DNA of 16,322 nucleotides. Source: Octopus sinensis. Its lineage: Eukaryota. The stretch lies in NCBI RefSeq assembly GCF_006345805.1, contig NW_021825423.1:1-16322 (forward strand), read 5' to 3'. The first letter of the stretch is position 1. Each line of letters opens with the position of its first letter. This document shows positions 1-9,015 of this stretch, piece by piece. A program made the position numbers and the translations under genes. The notes beneath the pieces are model-generated. The model worked only from the letters and a program-made list of their open reading frames with translations. It had not been told where the DNA came from and ran no database searches.

Positions 1-47
1 GTGGTTGGTAAGCCAAGCTACTTACCCACACATCCAATCCTGCGCCT
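1..47 (-). mobile_element. 5' tRNA-like head of SINE family A, cut by the window edge
   Basis: Reverse complement AGGCGCAGGATTGGATGTGTGGGTAAGTAGCTTGGCTTACCAACCAC matches the heads of the copies ending at 6443 and 12487 and starting at 13671. Confidence 0.8.
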
Positions 48-406
48 TATATATATATATACAAGCATTTATGTTGTATGGTATTTCGTATACCTGTATT
101 TGTCTTTATTAAAATTCATGCCCCTGGCCTCTCAGTTATTTCTTGTAGTTCATTTTTTATTCATTCGCATTCTCGCAATCTTTCCTATATCACCCGCTCA
201 TGAATATATATTACCATGGACAAATGGACAATTCTTCCCATAATAACCCCTATTTTTTTTTTTTTTTTGCCTTTGCGAAAGAGCAAGCAGTAATTCAGAT
301 CTCATTATATTCTCCTCAGCATAGAAACCATATACATTACACATCTGCCAAATTCCGTTCCTACCAATTTTTTCCAATCATGCTCCTTCAATAACACATT
401 AAATTA

Positions 407-470
407 ATGATGATGATGATGATGATGACTACGACGATGATGATAGCAGTAATGATGATGATGATGATCG

Positions 471-537
<67 letters not shown>

Positions 538-891
538 GTTGATGATGATGATGAGGATGATGATGATGATGATGATGATGATGTTGATGATGATGATGGT
601 GGTGCTGATGATGATGATGATGAGGAGGAGGGGAGGAGGGGAAGGAGGGGAGGAGGGGGAGGAGGATGACGATGGTGATGATGATGATGTTGATGATGAT
701 GGTGTTGGTGTTGGTGGTGGTAATGATGATGAGGAGGAATATGATGATGATGAAGTTGACTACGATGGTTCCAATAATGGTGGCGATGCTGCTGCTGCTG
801 CTGATGATGATGATGATAATCGCGATGTTAATGATAATGATGAATCATGATGATCATGATGCCAAAGATGATGGCGGTGAAGATGGAGGAG

Positions 892-892
<1 letters not shown>
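407..892. repeat. Compound trinucleotide microsatellite: (GAT)n with (GAG)n, (GGT)n and (GCT)n blocks
   Basis: Directly visible. It is the source of the poly-Met and poly-Asp/Glu pseudo-ORFs. Confidence 0.97.

Positions 893-894
<2 letters not shown>

Positions 895-927
<33 letters not shown>
895..927. repeat. (TA)n microsatellite
   Basis: Directly visible. Confidence 0.95.
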
Positions 928-928
<1 letters not shown>

Positions 929-1233
929 GACGACGAGGAGGAGGAGATGTAGGAGGAGGAGGGGACTAGATAAGAACGGCGACAATAAAAACGTTACTGT
1001 CTTTTTATCAGTTTTAATGTGCCAGAGTCGTTAGCTTTTTGTTTACTGCATTATTTTTGTTTCCTCTCTCTCCATTTTGTTATTGTTGTTTCCGGCGTCG
1101 ACGACCACCACGACTGTGGCGATAACGATCTAACGTTCCTTAATGAAGCAGAGTAAAGTCTGGACAGTGAAATCAAAGTGTTTTTATGCGACGCATTCTC
1201 TGGAGAAACCGGTTGCTATATATTACAGCAGCA

Positions 1234-1238
<5 letters not shown>

Positions 1239-1278
<40 letters not shown>
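1239..1278. repeat. (GA)n microsatellite
   Basis: Directly visible. Confidence 0.95.
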
Positions 1279-1351
1279 CCATTGATTGGTTGTCACAGTT
1301 CTACAGTTTTGTAATGACATTGCTTGACTTCAACGATTGGACGAATGACAG

Positions 1352-1665
1352 CATACATACAAAGCAAACATACATACATACATACATATATATATACATA
1401 GCATACATACATAGCATACATACATACATCCATACAGACATACATATATACATAGCATACATACATAGCATACATACATACATACATACATACATACATA
1501 CATACATACACACATACATACATACATACATACACACATACATACACGCATACATGCATACATACATACACACATACATACATACATACATACATACATA
1601 CACACACACATACATACACACATACATACACTACATACATACATAGCAAACACATACATCATACA

Positions 1666-1696
<31 letters not shown>

Positions 1697-1990
1697 CATA
1701 CATACATACATACATAGCATACATACATACATACATACATACATAGCAAACATACATGCATACATACATAGCATACATACATAGCAAACATACATACATA
1801 CATACATAGCATACATACATACATACATACATACATACATAGCATACATACATAGCATACATACATACATACATACATACATACATACATACATGCATAC
1901 ATACATAGCATACATACATACATAGCAAACATACAAACATACATACATACATACATACATACATACATAACATACATACATACATACATA
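1352..1990. repeat. ~640-bp (CATA)n tetranucleotide array with recurrent CATAG, CATAGCAAA and CACA variant units
   Basis: Directly visible. It is the source of the YIHT / MYVC ORFs. Confidence 0.97.
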
Positions 1991-2054
1991 GGTGTATCTG
2001 TGGGTGGGCGTATGCATATATATAACGCCATGATAGATCGTTAGCCACTACACA

Positions 2055-2217
2055 CATTTTGTTTCTCTTCTTGTTTTTTTCCGTGTCCCTTTCTGTAGAA
2101 GAGCGTAGGCTCGAAACGTAAAAGACTTTTTCTATTCCTGAGCGTTATACTAATACATCTGTTTGTTTTGTACACCACCTGTCTTCATCTTTTGTTTTTA
2201 TTTTCGTAAACTCTCCC
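2055..2217 (+). mobile_element. Putative Penelope-like pseudo-LTR / retrozyme-like fragment 1
   Basis: A hammerhead fold at 2089-2124 is followed by a ~95-nt pyrimidine-rich tail ending at (TA)n at 2218. The class assignment is inferred from the known association of such hammerheads with PLE pLTRs. Left boundary approximate. Confidence 0.55.
2089..2124 (+). ncRNA. Minimal type I hammerhead ribozyme fold HH1 (core variant CUGUAGA)
   Basis: Helix I CUUU(2089-92)/AAAG(2121-24). Core CUGUAGA(2093-99) plus an extra A. Helix II GAGC-GUAG-GCUC. GAAA(2113-16). Helix III is the palindrome ACGU. Triplet GUA, predicted cut at 2120/2121. A6 is U, so activity is uncertain. Confidence 0.6.
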
Positions 2218-2219
2218 TA

Positions 2220-2258
<39 letters not shown>
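2218..2258. repeat. (TA)n microsatellite
   Basis: Directly visible. Confidence 0.95.
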
Positions 2259-2260
<2 letters not shown>

Positions 2261-2289
2261 GAGAGAATACAGTGTACATTCAAACGCAA

Positions 2290-2483
2290 AAGAGATACCC
2301 AAAGAATAGGATATCTGACTCACTAGAAAGAGTAGTTAAACTCCAAGCCACTAATTGTTATAATTCGAAAGTGATTGAAAAAAACTTTTATTTTTCAATC
2401 ACTTTCGAAATTACAACAATTAGTGGCTTGGAATTTAACTGCTCTTTCTAGTGAGTCAGATATCCTATTCTTGGGTATCTCTT
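2290..2483. repeat. 194-bp near-perfect inverted repeat (foldback), 93-bp arms, 8-nt loop
   Basis: 2290-2382 is the reverse complement of 2391-2483 apart from 3 substitutions and 2 single-base indels. Loop AACTTTTA. Confidence 0.95.
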
Positions 2484-2580
2484 CTTCTCCGAATAATGTA
2501 TAGTTCTATTGACTAATTTCTTCCTTCTCGCTAGACCACTGGTAACTAAGAATTTTTTCGATAAATATTCTTGCTACCCA

Positions 2581-2584
2581 TATA

Positions 2585-2644
<60 letters not shown>

Positions 2645-2681
2645 AATATACATACATACATACATACATACATACATACAT

Positions 2682-2716
<35 letters not shown>
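2581..2716. repeat. (TA)n/(CATA)n compound microsatellite
   Basis: Directly visible. Confidence 0.95.
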
Positions 2717-2767
2717 GAAAAGAGTATTATATTCTCAGAATCATACATGTGTGTGAGCGTGTGAGCG

Positions 2768-2919
2768 TGTGTGTGGTAAGAAGCTTACTTCCTAGTCACA
2801 AGATTCTGGGTTCAGTCTCGCTGTGTGTCACCTTGGACAAGTATCTTCTAGTATAGCCCCCGGCCCGACCAAAGACTTGTGAGTCGATTTGATGGACGAA
2901 AACTAAATGAAGCCCGTCG
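2768..2919 (+). mobile_element. SINE family A, 5' half, diverged
   Basis: GTGTGGTAAGAAGCTTACTTCC...GGGTTCAGTCTC...CACCTTGGACAAGTATCTTC...GAAGCCCGTCG aligns to 13671-13824. Confidence 0.85.
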
Positions 2920-3059
2920 GATGAATATTTGATGTGGTTTTAGAGTCAAGTTTTTACTGCTATCTCTAGCATGACGGTATCTTTTAGATACCCTTAATTA
3001 TAATTTTAATAATAATTATTACCTATGAGCTTTTTATTCCCATGCTAGCCACTTTATAT

Positions 3060-3385
3060 GATCGGCATTACCTTTTCGATATCAGTGTCTTTACGATACT
3101 GGAAAAGGGATAAGCATTTGCGAAGGGAACCTGCTTTTCATCGACAACTGTGATTGTCACACGCCGATGACGGGTCAATACTCAGAAACTCGAGTCTGTG
3201 TGTATCATAAGTTGAAGACGGGAAGGATGGCTTCCCTTTGCAAATACTGATAGGGCACAGAAAGTGTGTCTAAAGCCAGATGGAGGAGGTGTACTCCAGG
3301 GGCTACAAACTACAGTAGCATCCACCCTTAGGGGTTAGCCATATTTGAATGGCAAATATACGTCACGATCTTATCATTATTTATA
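3060..3385 (+). mobile_element. Putative Penelope-like pLTR / retrozyme-like fragment 2
   Basis: Hammerhead at 3158-3202, a second hairpin GGGAAG-GATGG-CTTCCC near 3220-3236, and an end at a (TA)-rich array. Boundaries approximate. Confidence 0.5.
3158..3202 (+). ncRNA. Minimal type I hammerhead ribozyme fold HH2 (core variant CCGAUGA, GUC site)
   Basis: Helix I CACACG(3158-63)/UGUGUG(3197-3202). Core CCGAUGA(3164-70). Helix II GGGU-CAAU-ACUC closed by a C.A mismatch. GAAA(3185-88). Helix III is the palindrome ACUCGAGU. Triplet GUC, predicted cut at 3196/3197. Confidence 0.72.
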
Positions 3386-3465
3386 TAAATTTATATATAT
3401 GTTGTGTATGTATGTATGTATATATGTATATATATATATATATCTCTATAATATAATATATATAT

Positions 3466-3498
<33 letters not shown>

Positions 3499-3640
3499 AT
3501 ACGTTATACGTCTGAGTATATGTTTGTATATGCATAAATATACAAATATAAATATGTACATATATTTACATATATATAAATATAAATATAAATACTATAT
3601 TATATATATGTGTGTGTGTGGGTACATATATATATATATA

Positions 3641-3691
<51 letters not shown>

Positions 3692-3728
3692 CATATATAT
3701 ACATACATACATATACATACATATATAT

Positions 3729-3782
<54 letters not shown>
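3386..3782. repeat. (TA)n/(TG)n/(CATA)n compound microsatellite
   Basis: Directly visible. Confidence 0.95.
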
Positions 3783-3783
<1 letters not shown>

Positions 3784-4140
3784 GATGAGTTGAGTATAGA
3801 AATTCGGGGTGAGTACTTGATAATTATAAGCACCTGTGTTATACCGTTTGGTGTGTAGGTGGTGGAGTAAATTGATCAAAATAAAAACATGATGCGAAGG
3901 ATTCAGCGGTACATATGTTTCGGGCCTTTATTAGACAGATTTATAACAATGCATAATGTATGTCTGTGGCCTTCTTCAGCCGCGCACAACAGCTTCCACA
4001 AGGACATGTGTTACATCAGAAATTCTTGGTTGGGGATGCAAATCCTCCCATCCGCGTACGACATAATGCGGCAGCAGCATAGAATTGAAGTGTCCATCTC
4101 TTTCTTCTCTCAATGTAGGATGAGGAAAAATGGATGTTGA
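3783..4140 (-). mobile_element. Putative Penelope-like element 3' remnant (pLTR with hammerhead)
   Basis: Minus-strand frame ...FPHPTLREERDGHFNSMLLPHY... (4128-4063) weakly recalls the P-x-L-N-x-D-x-G C-terminus of PLE GIY-YIG domains (recall, not searched). It is followed by HH3 and a ~128-nt tail into (TA)n. Confidence 0.5.
3906..3983 (-). ncRNA. Type I hammerhead ribozyme fold HH3, intact core, long helix II
   Basis: Minus strand: GCGG CUGAAGA A GGCC ACAGA...UCUGU CUAAUAAA GGCC C GAAA CAUAUGU A CCGC. Helix I GCGG/CCGC. Helix III is the palindrome ACAUAUGU. Triplet GUA, predicted cut between 3910 and 3909. Confidence 0.8.
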
Positions 4141-4204
4141 AGTAATGTAAATAAATAAATACATGTATATACGTGAAGATGGGCGAGAATTCAGGACGAG
4201 GGAT

Positions 4205-4452
4205 AAAAAATGTATAAAAAGTGTAAGTATAGAAAAATATAAAAATGTAGAGCATAAAGATATAAAGAGATATAAGGAGATGTAAAGGGGGTATAAAGAA
4301 TATAAAGAAATATAAAGAAATATAAATAAATGTAAAGGCATAAGGTTATAAAGTAAAAATAGAAATAGAAATAAAATATATATAAAATATATATACATAT
4401 ATATACATACATACATATACATACATATATATACATACACATATATATATTC
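4205..4452. repeat. Degenerate purine-rich (ATAAAG-like) low-complexity tract, then (TA)/(CATA)n
   Basis: Directly visible. Confidence 0.8.
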
Positions 4453-4589
4453 ATTCTTATATTATTGCGGCGTTACGTGCACCACCCCCCCCCCCCGTTT
4501 GTTTGTCCAATTTAAAACCCTGCACGACTTCTATACACACTGTCTTTCCTACCCGCCATTGCTTCTTCATCAAACTTTTTGGCGCCCTC

Positions 4590-4745
4590 CGATTCTTCCC
4601 CTCTCTTCCTCCCATCCTCCTCCCCTCTTCCTCCCATCCTCCTTAATCCCTTCTTTCTCCTTTTCTCTTGGTCACTGATTCTGTCCCCTGCCTTCCACCC
4701 TCTTTGATTCCCTCTCTCTCTGTCTCTCTTTCTCTCTCTCTCCTG
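4590..4745. repeat. Pyrimidine-rich low-complexity tract with a short tandem duplication of CCCTCT(CT)TCCTCCCATCCTCC
   Basis: Duplicated unit at ~4598-4620 and ~4622-4642. (CT)n at the end. Confidence 0.8.
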
Positions 4746-5181
4746 CAACCTGCTGCTTCTTAAACCATTCTGTTGGCCATCGTATCTCGACCAACATGTG
4801 TCCCCGCTACCGAAACGGTAATTATTTCTACGCCAGCTATGTTGTTGTTGTTTTTGTCTCATTTGGTCTAAAGTCGTATGACAACCACCGTTATATATAT
4901 TTTGTTTATTCATTACTGTTTTCAATTTCGTTTTCGTCTCTTGTATTTACATCCGTCTTGTGCGTTCACATTCCTGTCTTCTACCAAGAATCTAATGCTT
5001 ACAGCTTAGTTTTTTTTCTTGGGGCTGGCCGAGTTGGAGCAAATATCAGAATTGAACAGCCGAAATTTGCTATGATGATTCGGTGTCTGACTGAAGATTG
5101 AAGGCTTCGAATGATTTGTCTGTGTTCCGTGTTCGTCCCTTCCTGTATTTCACGTTCATTATATATAAAAACATTCATTCT

Positions 5182-5248
<67 letters not shown>

Positions 5249-5307
5249 ATCCAAACATGAAAACATAAAGAGAAAACACAACAGCGCGAGGACGTGGAAC
5301 AAGTATA

Positions 5308-5351
<44 letters not shown>
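5182..5351. repeat. Two (TA)n arrays (5182-5244, 5308-5351) flanking a ~60-bp non-repetitive insert
   Basis: Directly visible. Confidence 0.9.
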
Positions 5352-5353
<2 letters not shown>

Positions 5354-5879
5354 TAAAAAACACAAACGGAAATCGTCAAAACATAACAAGCAGGAGAAGG
5401 ACGATAGCACAACACCAAACTGGACAAAACGAGATGCATGGATTATTTGCAGCTAATTGCTTCTTCAGTCGGAGTCTTGAATGTCTACGTAGTTTCGCCC
5501 AATCCTCTCCAATACTACTCGGAACCCGTTGGGTCATGAGCTTAAGCTAAAGGCATTAAGCCCCTGAGCAAGGCAAACGAATGTACATATACAAACACAA
5601 GAAAATAACAAACGGAAATGGTCTTCCGACTATCGGACGAACGTAACATAAGAAATAGAATTATACATATACAATTGACAAAAGCCTTTCGGCTATACAA
5701 CAAAAATAAAGGAAAACAGAGTCATTCGGCTATCAGACGGTGCAGTAATGTAGTGAAAGGAAGAAGGAAATGGAAAAATCTTAACTGGCCGGGTGGGGAG
5801 ACAGAACAGAACAGATGCGGCCTACCTCAAAGATGCTCAGCCAAAAAAGGATATATACACTACATATGTGACTCTACAT

Positions 5880-6245
5880 ATGTGTTTGTGGAGGTGTTAG
5901 CTAACTCCTCCTACATTTGTTTATCGATCTTGATGAAACTCGACACGTGAGTAGAACTTATAGCATACTCAGATTGTTGACAAAATTGATAATAGGACCC
6001 CTGAAAGGGATTCTTATATACATCTAATATATTTTATTTTAAAAGCCATTCGCCCCTGGAAAGGATTATTATATATAGCCAAGGGAAATAACCCATTCAT
6101 TTTCCTAAATTATTTGGTATAAATCAAATTGAGTATGCTAATTTCGTGGTATTTGAACAGTTATTTTCGCAATTTATCCAGTACAACCTTAAACAAGTAG
6201 TATTTTCCTAAACAATAGATCCACGTATTTCGGATCTATTCACGC
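5880..6245 (+). mobile_element. Putative non-autonomous rolling-circle-type (Helentron/HINE, DINE-1-like) element
   Basis: Internal inverted pair AGCATACTCA (~5961) / TGAGTATGCT (~6130). Near-terminal palindrome GGAGGT-GTTAGCTAAC-T-CCTCC (~5890-5911). 3' stem-loop AATAGATCC-9nt-GGATCTATT (6214-6240). The class is inferred from architecture only. Confidence 0.35.
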
Positions 6246-6281
6246 ACACATAAATATATATATACATAAAGAAATATATAT

Positions 6282-6443
6282 GACGATGGGCTTCTTTCAG
6301 TTTTCGTCAACAAAATGGGCTCACGAGGCTTTGGTCGGCCCGAGGCTATGGTTGAAGACACTTACCTAAAGTATCCACACAGTGGGATTGAACCCGGAAC
6401 CATGCGGTTGGGAAGCAAGTTTATTACCACACCGCCTGCGCCT
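6282..6443 (-). mobile_element. SINE family A, 5' half
   Basis: The reverse complement begins AGGCGCAGGCGGTGTGGTAA and carries the B-box-like GGTTCAATCC. It aligns to the other A copies. Confidence 0.88.
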
Positions 6444-6561
6444 ATATTATGTACACACACACATACACACACACAGACACACACACACATGCATTATATT
6501 AATACTTGTTTCTATGTACAACTATATTACAAAAATCTACAATATTTGAAGGATCACTTGT

Positions 6562-6788
6562 GTGCATGTGTGCGTCTTTGCGTTTGCGCTGTATTTGTCT
6601 CTACCACCACGCCCACCGCTACTGAACCGGTATTCGTTTGCTTACATCCCTGTAACTTAACGGTTCGTCAAAAGAGAATGTTAGAATACGTGCCAGACAT
6701 AAAAAATAATAAGTACGGGTATCCACTTGTCAGGCTAAACACTTCAAGGCGGTGCCCCAACATGGCCGCAAGTAACTGACAAAAGAGG
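6562..6788 (+). mobile_element. SINE family A, 3' half, diverged
   Basis: ...TTTGCTTACATCCCTGTAACTTAACGGTTCGTCAAAAGAGA...TAGAATA... aligns to the reverse complement of 12151-12250. The rest (AAGGCGGTGCCCCAACATGGCCGCA) is assigned from the recalled consensus. Confidence 0.7.
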
Positions 6789-6850
6789 CCTAGTTTTAAA
6801 TGTTTATGGTACTTGGCAATAAATCAAATTTACTCATCAAATACACAAGT

Positions 6851-7075
6851 TTACTGTCCACAAGGTGCTAAACATAGAGTCGACAAACAAGGACAGACAA
6901 ACGGATTAAGTCGATTACATCGACCCCAGTGCGTAACTGGTACTTAATTTATCGATCCCGAGAGGATGAAAGGCAAAGTCGACCTCGGCGGAATTTGAAC
7001 TCAGAACGTAACGGCAGACGAAATACGGCTATGCATTTCGCCCGGCGTGCTAACGTTTCTGCCAGCTCGCCGCCT
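6851..7075 (-). mobile_element. SINE family B, full-length long-tail form with target-site duplication
   Basis: Head GGCGGCGAGCTGGCAGAAACGTTAG, B-box GAGTTCAAATTCC, central GACTTTGCCTTTCATCCT...GATAAATTAAGTACCAG (resembles the Meta/MESC SINE domain, from recall). Flanked by TACACAAGT at 6842-6850 and 7076-7084. Confidence 0.92.
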
Positions 7076-7199
7076 TACACAAGTAAATACCATCGTTGGA
7101 GGGTGGATTTGAACCCTAGATGTGTAAACTATTGATCTTACCGTGTAGTCCAATACCATATATATTCCGCCATTTTATTTACTGCTTGTTGGTTTAATA

Positions 7200-7453
7200 C
7201 AGTGGTTCTCAATCATTGTTTTTACCTATGGACACTTTGATTCCGATTTTACTAGACGAGGGGGTGGCTCATAACTATTCGTTGTCTAAAAAACTTCCAT
7301 AATATTTTTATAAATATTATTACGAATTGTACAAAAAAAATGCTTTTTGTGTATTGTAGAAGTATAACCGTTTTATTGCAGATAAATTTTAACAAGAAAA
7401 CCTTATATGGATCCCAACCCAGGGGCCATATGGACCCCGGTTGAGAATCACTG
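7200..7453. mobile_element. hAT (Charlie-like) non-autonomous DNA transposon / MITE, 254 bp
   Basis: TIRs CAGTGGTTCTCAATC (7200-7214) and GGTTGAGAATCACTG (7439-7453), 13/15 match. Perfect 8-bp TSD GTTTAATA at 7192-7199 and 7454-7461. Confidence 0.93.
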
Positions 7454-8017
7454 GTTTAATAGTAATCGTCACCTTACCAGAGAAAACACATATTGTTTCA
7501 CTGTTCACGTGCTCCAAAGGTATTGAGAACTTGATCTGATTCACCAGTGTTACGATGGCTTACATAATGTTGCTTCAATAGAACAGAGAAGAATGAACTC
7601 CAGCAAATCAACTTATCTTTATTATACAACCTAAAGGCAGTAGGCAGTATTTCACGTAGAAATACCGCCCAACTAGAGGTCTGTCTTTTCATACAACCGG
7701 AAAATCTGTTTCACACTCTAACGCGGCATCCCCAGAAGTTCATAAATTCATAATTTAACATGGCGTAACCGGATGTTCTTCATTTGAGATTGTATAAGTA
7801 CGCAACCGGTTGTGAATCATTTTATTCAATAGAAACGCACTACTAATAGCTCAACATTTAATATATTAACATTGCTTGTTGTTTCTTCATCGCTCCACAC
7901 TTTAGCTTTAAACAAAATAATATGCAATCGGAAGTTCAATTTAGACTGCATGAATACGCAATCGGTAATTGATTCATTTTATATGAATGCACTACTAGTA
8001 GCTCAATATTTCAATAT

Positions 8018-8418
8018 TTGGTTTCAAATTTTTGGCACGAGGCCAACAATTTCAGGGGAAGGAATAAGTCGATTACATCGAGCCCAGTGCTCAACTGGTA
8101 CTTATTTTATCGAACCTGAAAATATGAAAGGCGAAGTTGGCCTCGACGAGATTTGAACTGAGAACGTAAAAATAGACGAAATACCTATTTCTTTACTACC
8201 CACAAGGGGCTAAACACAGAGGAGACAAACAAGGACAGACAGACGGATTAAGTCGATTATATCGACCCTAGTGCATAACTGGTACTTAATTTATCGAACC
8301 CGAAAGGATGAAAAGCAAAGTCGACCTCGGCAGAATTTGAACTCAGTACGTAACGGCAAACGAAATACCACTAAGTATTTTACTCGATGTGCTAATAATT
8401 CTGCCAGCTCCCTACCTT
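8018..8418 (-). mobile_element. SINE family B composite (head + core + long tail, then headless core + short tail)
   Basis: Two B-box/core units on the minus strand, joined at ~8184 (AAAGAAATA|GGTATTTCGTC). Confidence 0.88.
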
Positions 8419-8421
8419 AAC

Positions 8422-8634
8422 AATATTGATTTCAAATTTTGGTACAAGACCAGCAGGCTCGAGAGAGGGGGTAAGTCGATAACATCGAACCCCCAGTGTT
8501 TAACTAGTACTTATTTTATCGACCCCGAAAGGATGAAAAGCAAAGTTTGCCTCGGCGGAATTTGAACTCAAGATGTAAGAACAGATGAAATGCCGTTAAG
8601 CATTTTATCGGGCTTGCTGACAATTTTGCCAGCC
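8422..8634 (-). mobile_element. SINE family B, short-tail form
   Basis: Head GCTGGCAAAATTGTCAGC, TGAGTTCAAATTCCGCCGAGG (8570-8550), core, and tail ending TTTGAAATCAATATT. Confidence 0.88.
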
Positions 8635-8660
8635 CATCAATATGAGCATTAATATGGCTA

Positions 8661-8786
8661 CCACCGAGGTCGACCTTGCCGTTCATCCTTCCGGGGTCGA
8701 TAAAATAAGTACCAGTTAAGCACTTGTATCGCTTACTCACTGCCTCGAAATTCCCGACCTTGTGTCAAAATTATAAATCAATATTT
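8661..8786 (+). mobile_element. SINE family B, 5'-truncated short-tail form
   Basis: CCACCGAGGTCGACCTTGCCGTTCATCCTTCCGGGGTCGATAAAATAAGTACCAG...CCTTGTGTCAAAATTATAAATCAATATTT. Confidence 0.85.
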
Positions 8787-8796
8787 ACAATGATTG

Positions 8797-8998
8797 GGCG
8801 ACGAGTTGGCAGAATTGTTACTGCACTGCGCAAAATGCTTAGCGGCATTTCGTATGTCTACATTCTGAGTTCAAATTCCGCCGAGGTCTGCTTTGCCTTT
8901 CATCTCTGGGATCGATAAAATAAGTGCCAGCTGAGCTCTGACATCAGCTTAATCGACTTTTTCCCCCCTCCACCGAATTTGCCAAACTTTTGAAATCG
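8797..8998 (+). mobile_element. SINE family B, short-tail form
   Basis: GGCGACGAGTTGGCAGAATTGTTA head, TGAGTTCAAATTCCGCCGAGG (8866-8886), core and decayed tail. Confidence 0.87.
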
Positions 8999-9015
8999 TT
9001 TTTTGCATTAGCTCC

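Noticed and set aside
407-923. 147-aa poly-Met/Asp and 85-aa ORFs
   Set aside because: They are translations of a trinucleotide microsatellite, with no splice context or domain.
1200-1216. GAAACCGGTT palindrome as a hammerhead helix III (also GAAACTC...GAGTA at ~5935 and minus-strand GAAACATGTA at ~10125)
   Set aside because: No upstream CUGANGA core or helix I/II pairing.
1143-2057. Many 100-170 aa YIHT/MYVC ORFs (likewise at 3479-3879, 14115-14450 and 15773-16240)
   Set aside because: (CATA)n, (TA)n and (CA)n lack stops in several frames, so these are artefacts.
5618-5950. 110-aa ORF, and the 137-aa ORF at 4512-4925
   Set aside because: No recognisable domain. The latter is the antisense reading of a pyrimidine tract.
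7470-7580. Minus-strand exon (acceptor ...TTCTATTGAAG, donor CTG|GTAAGG)
   Set aside because: All three frames contain a stop between the sites, and the peptide is not recognised.
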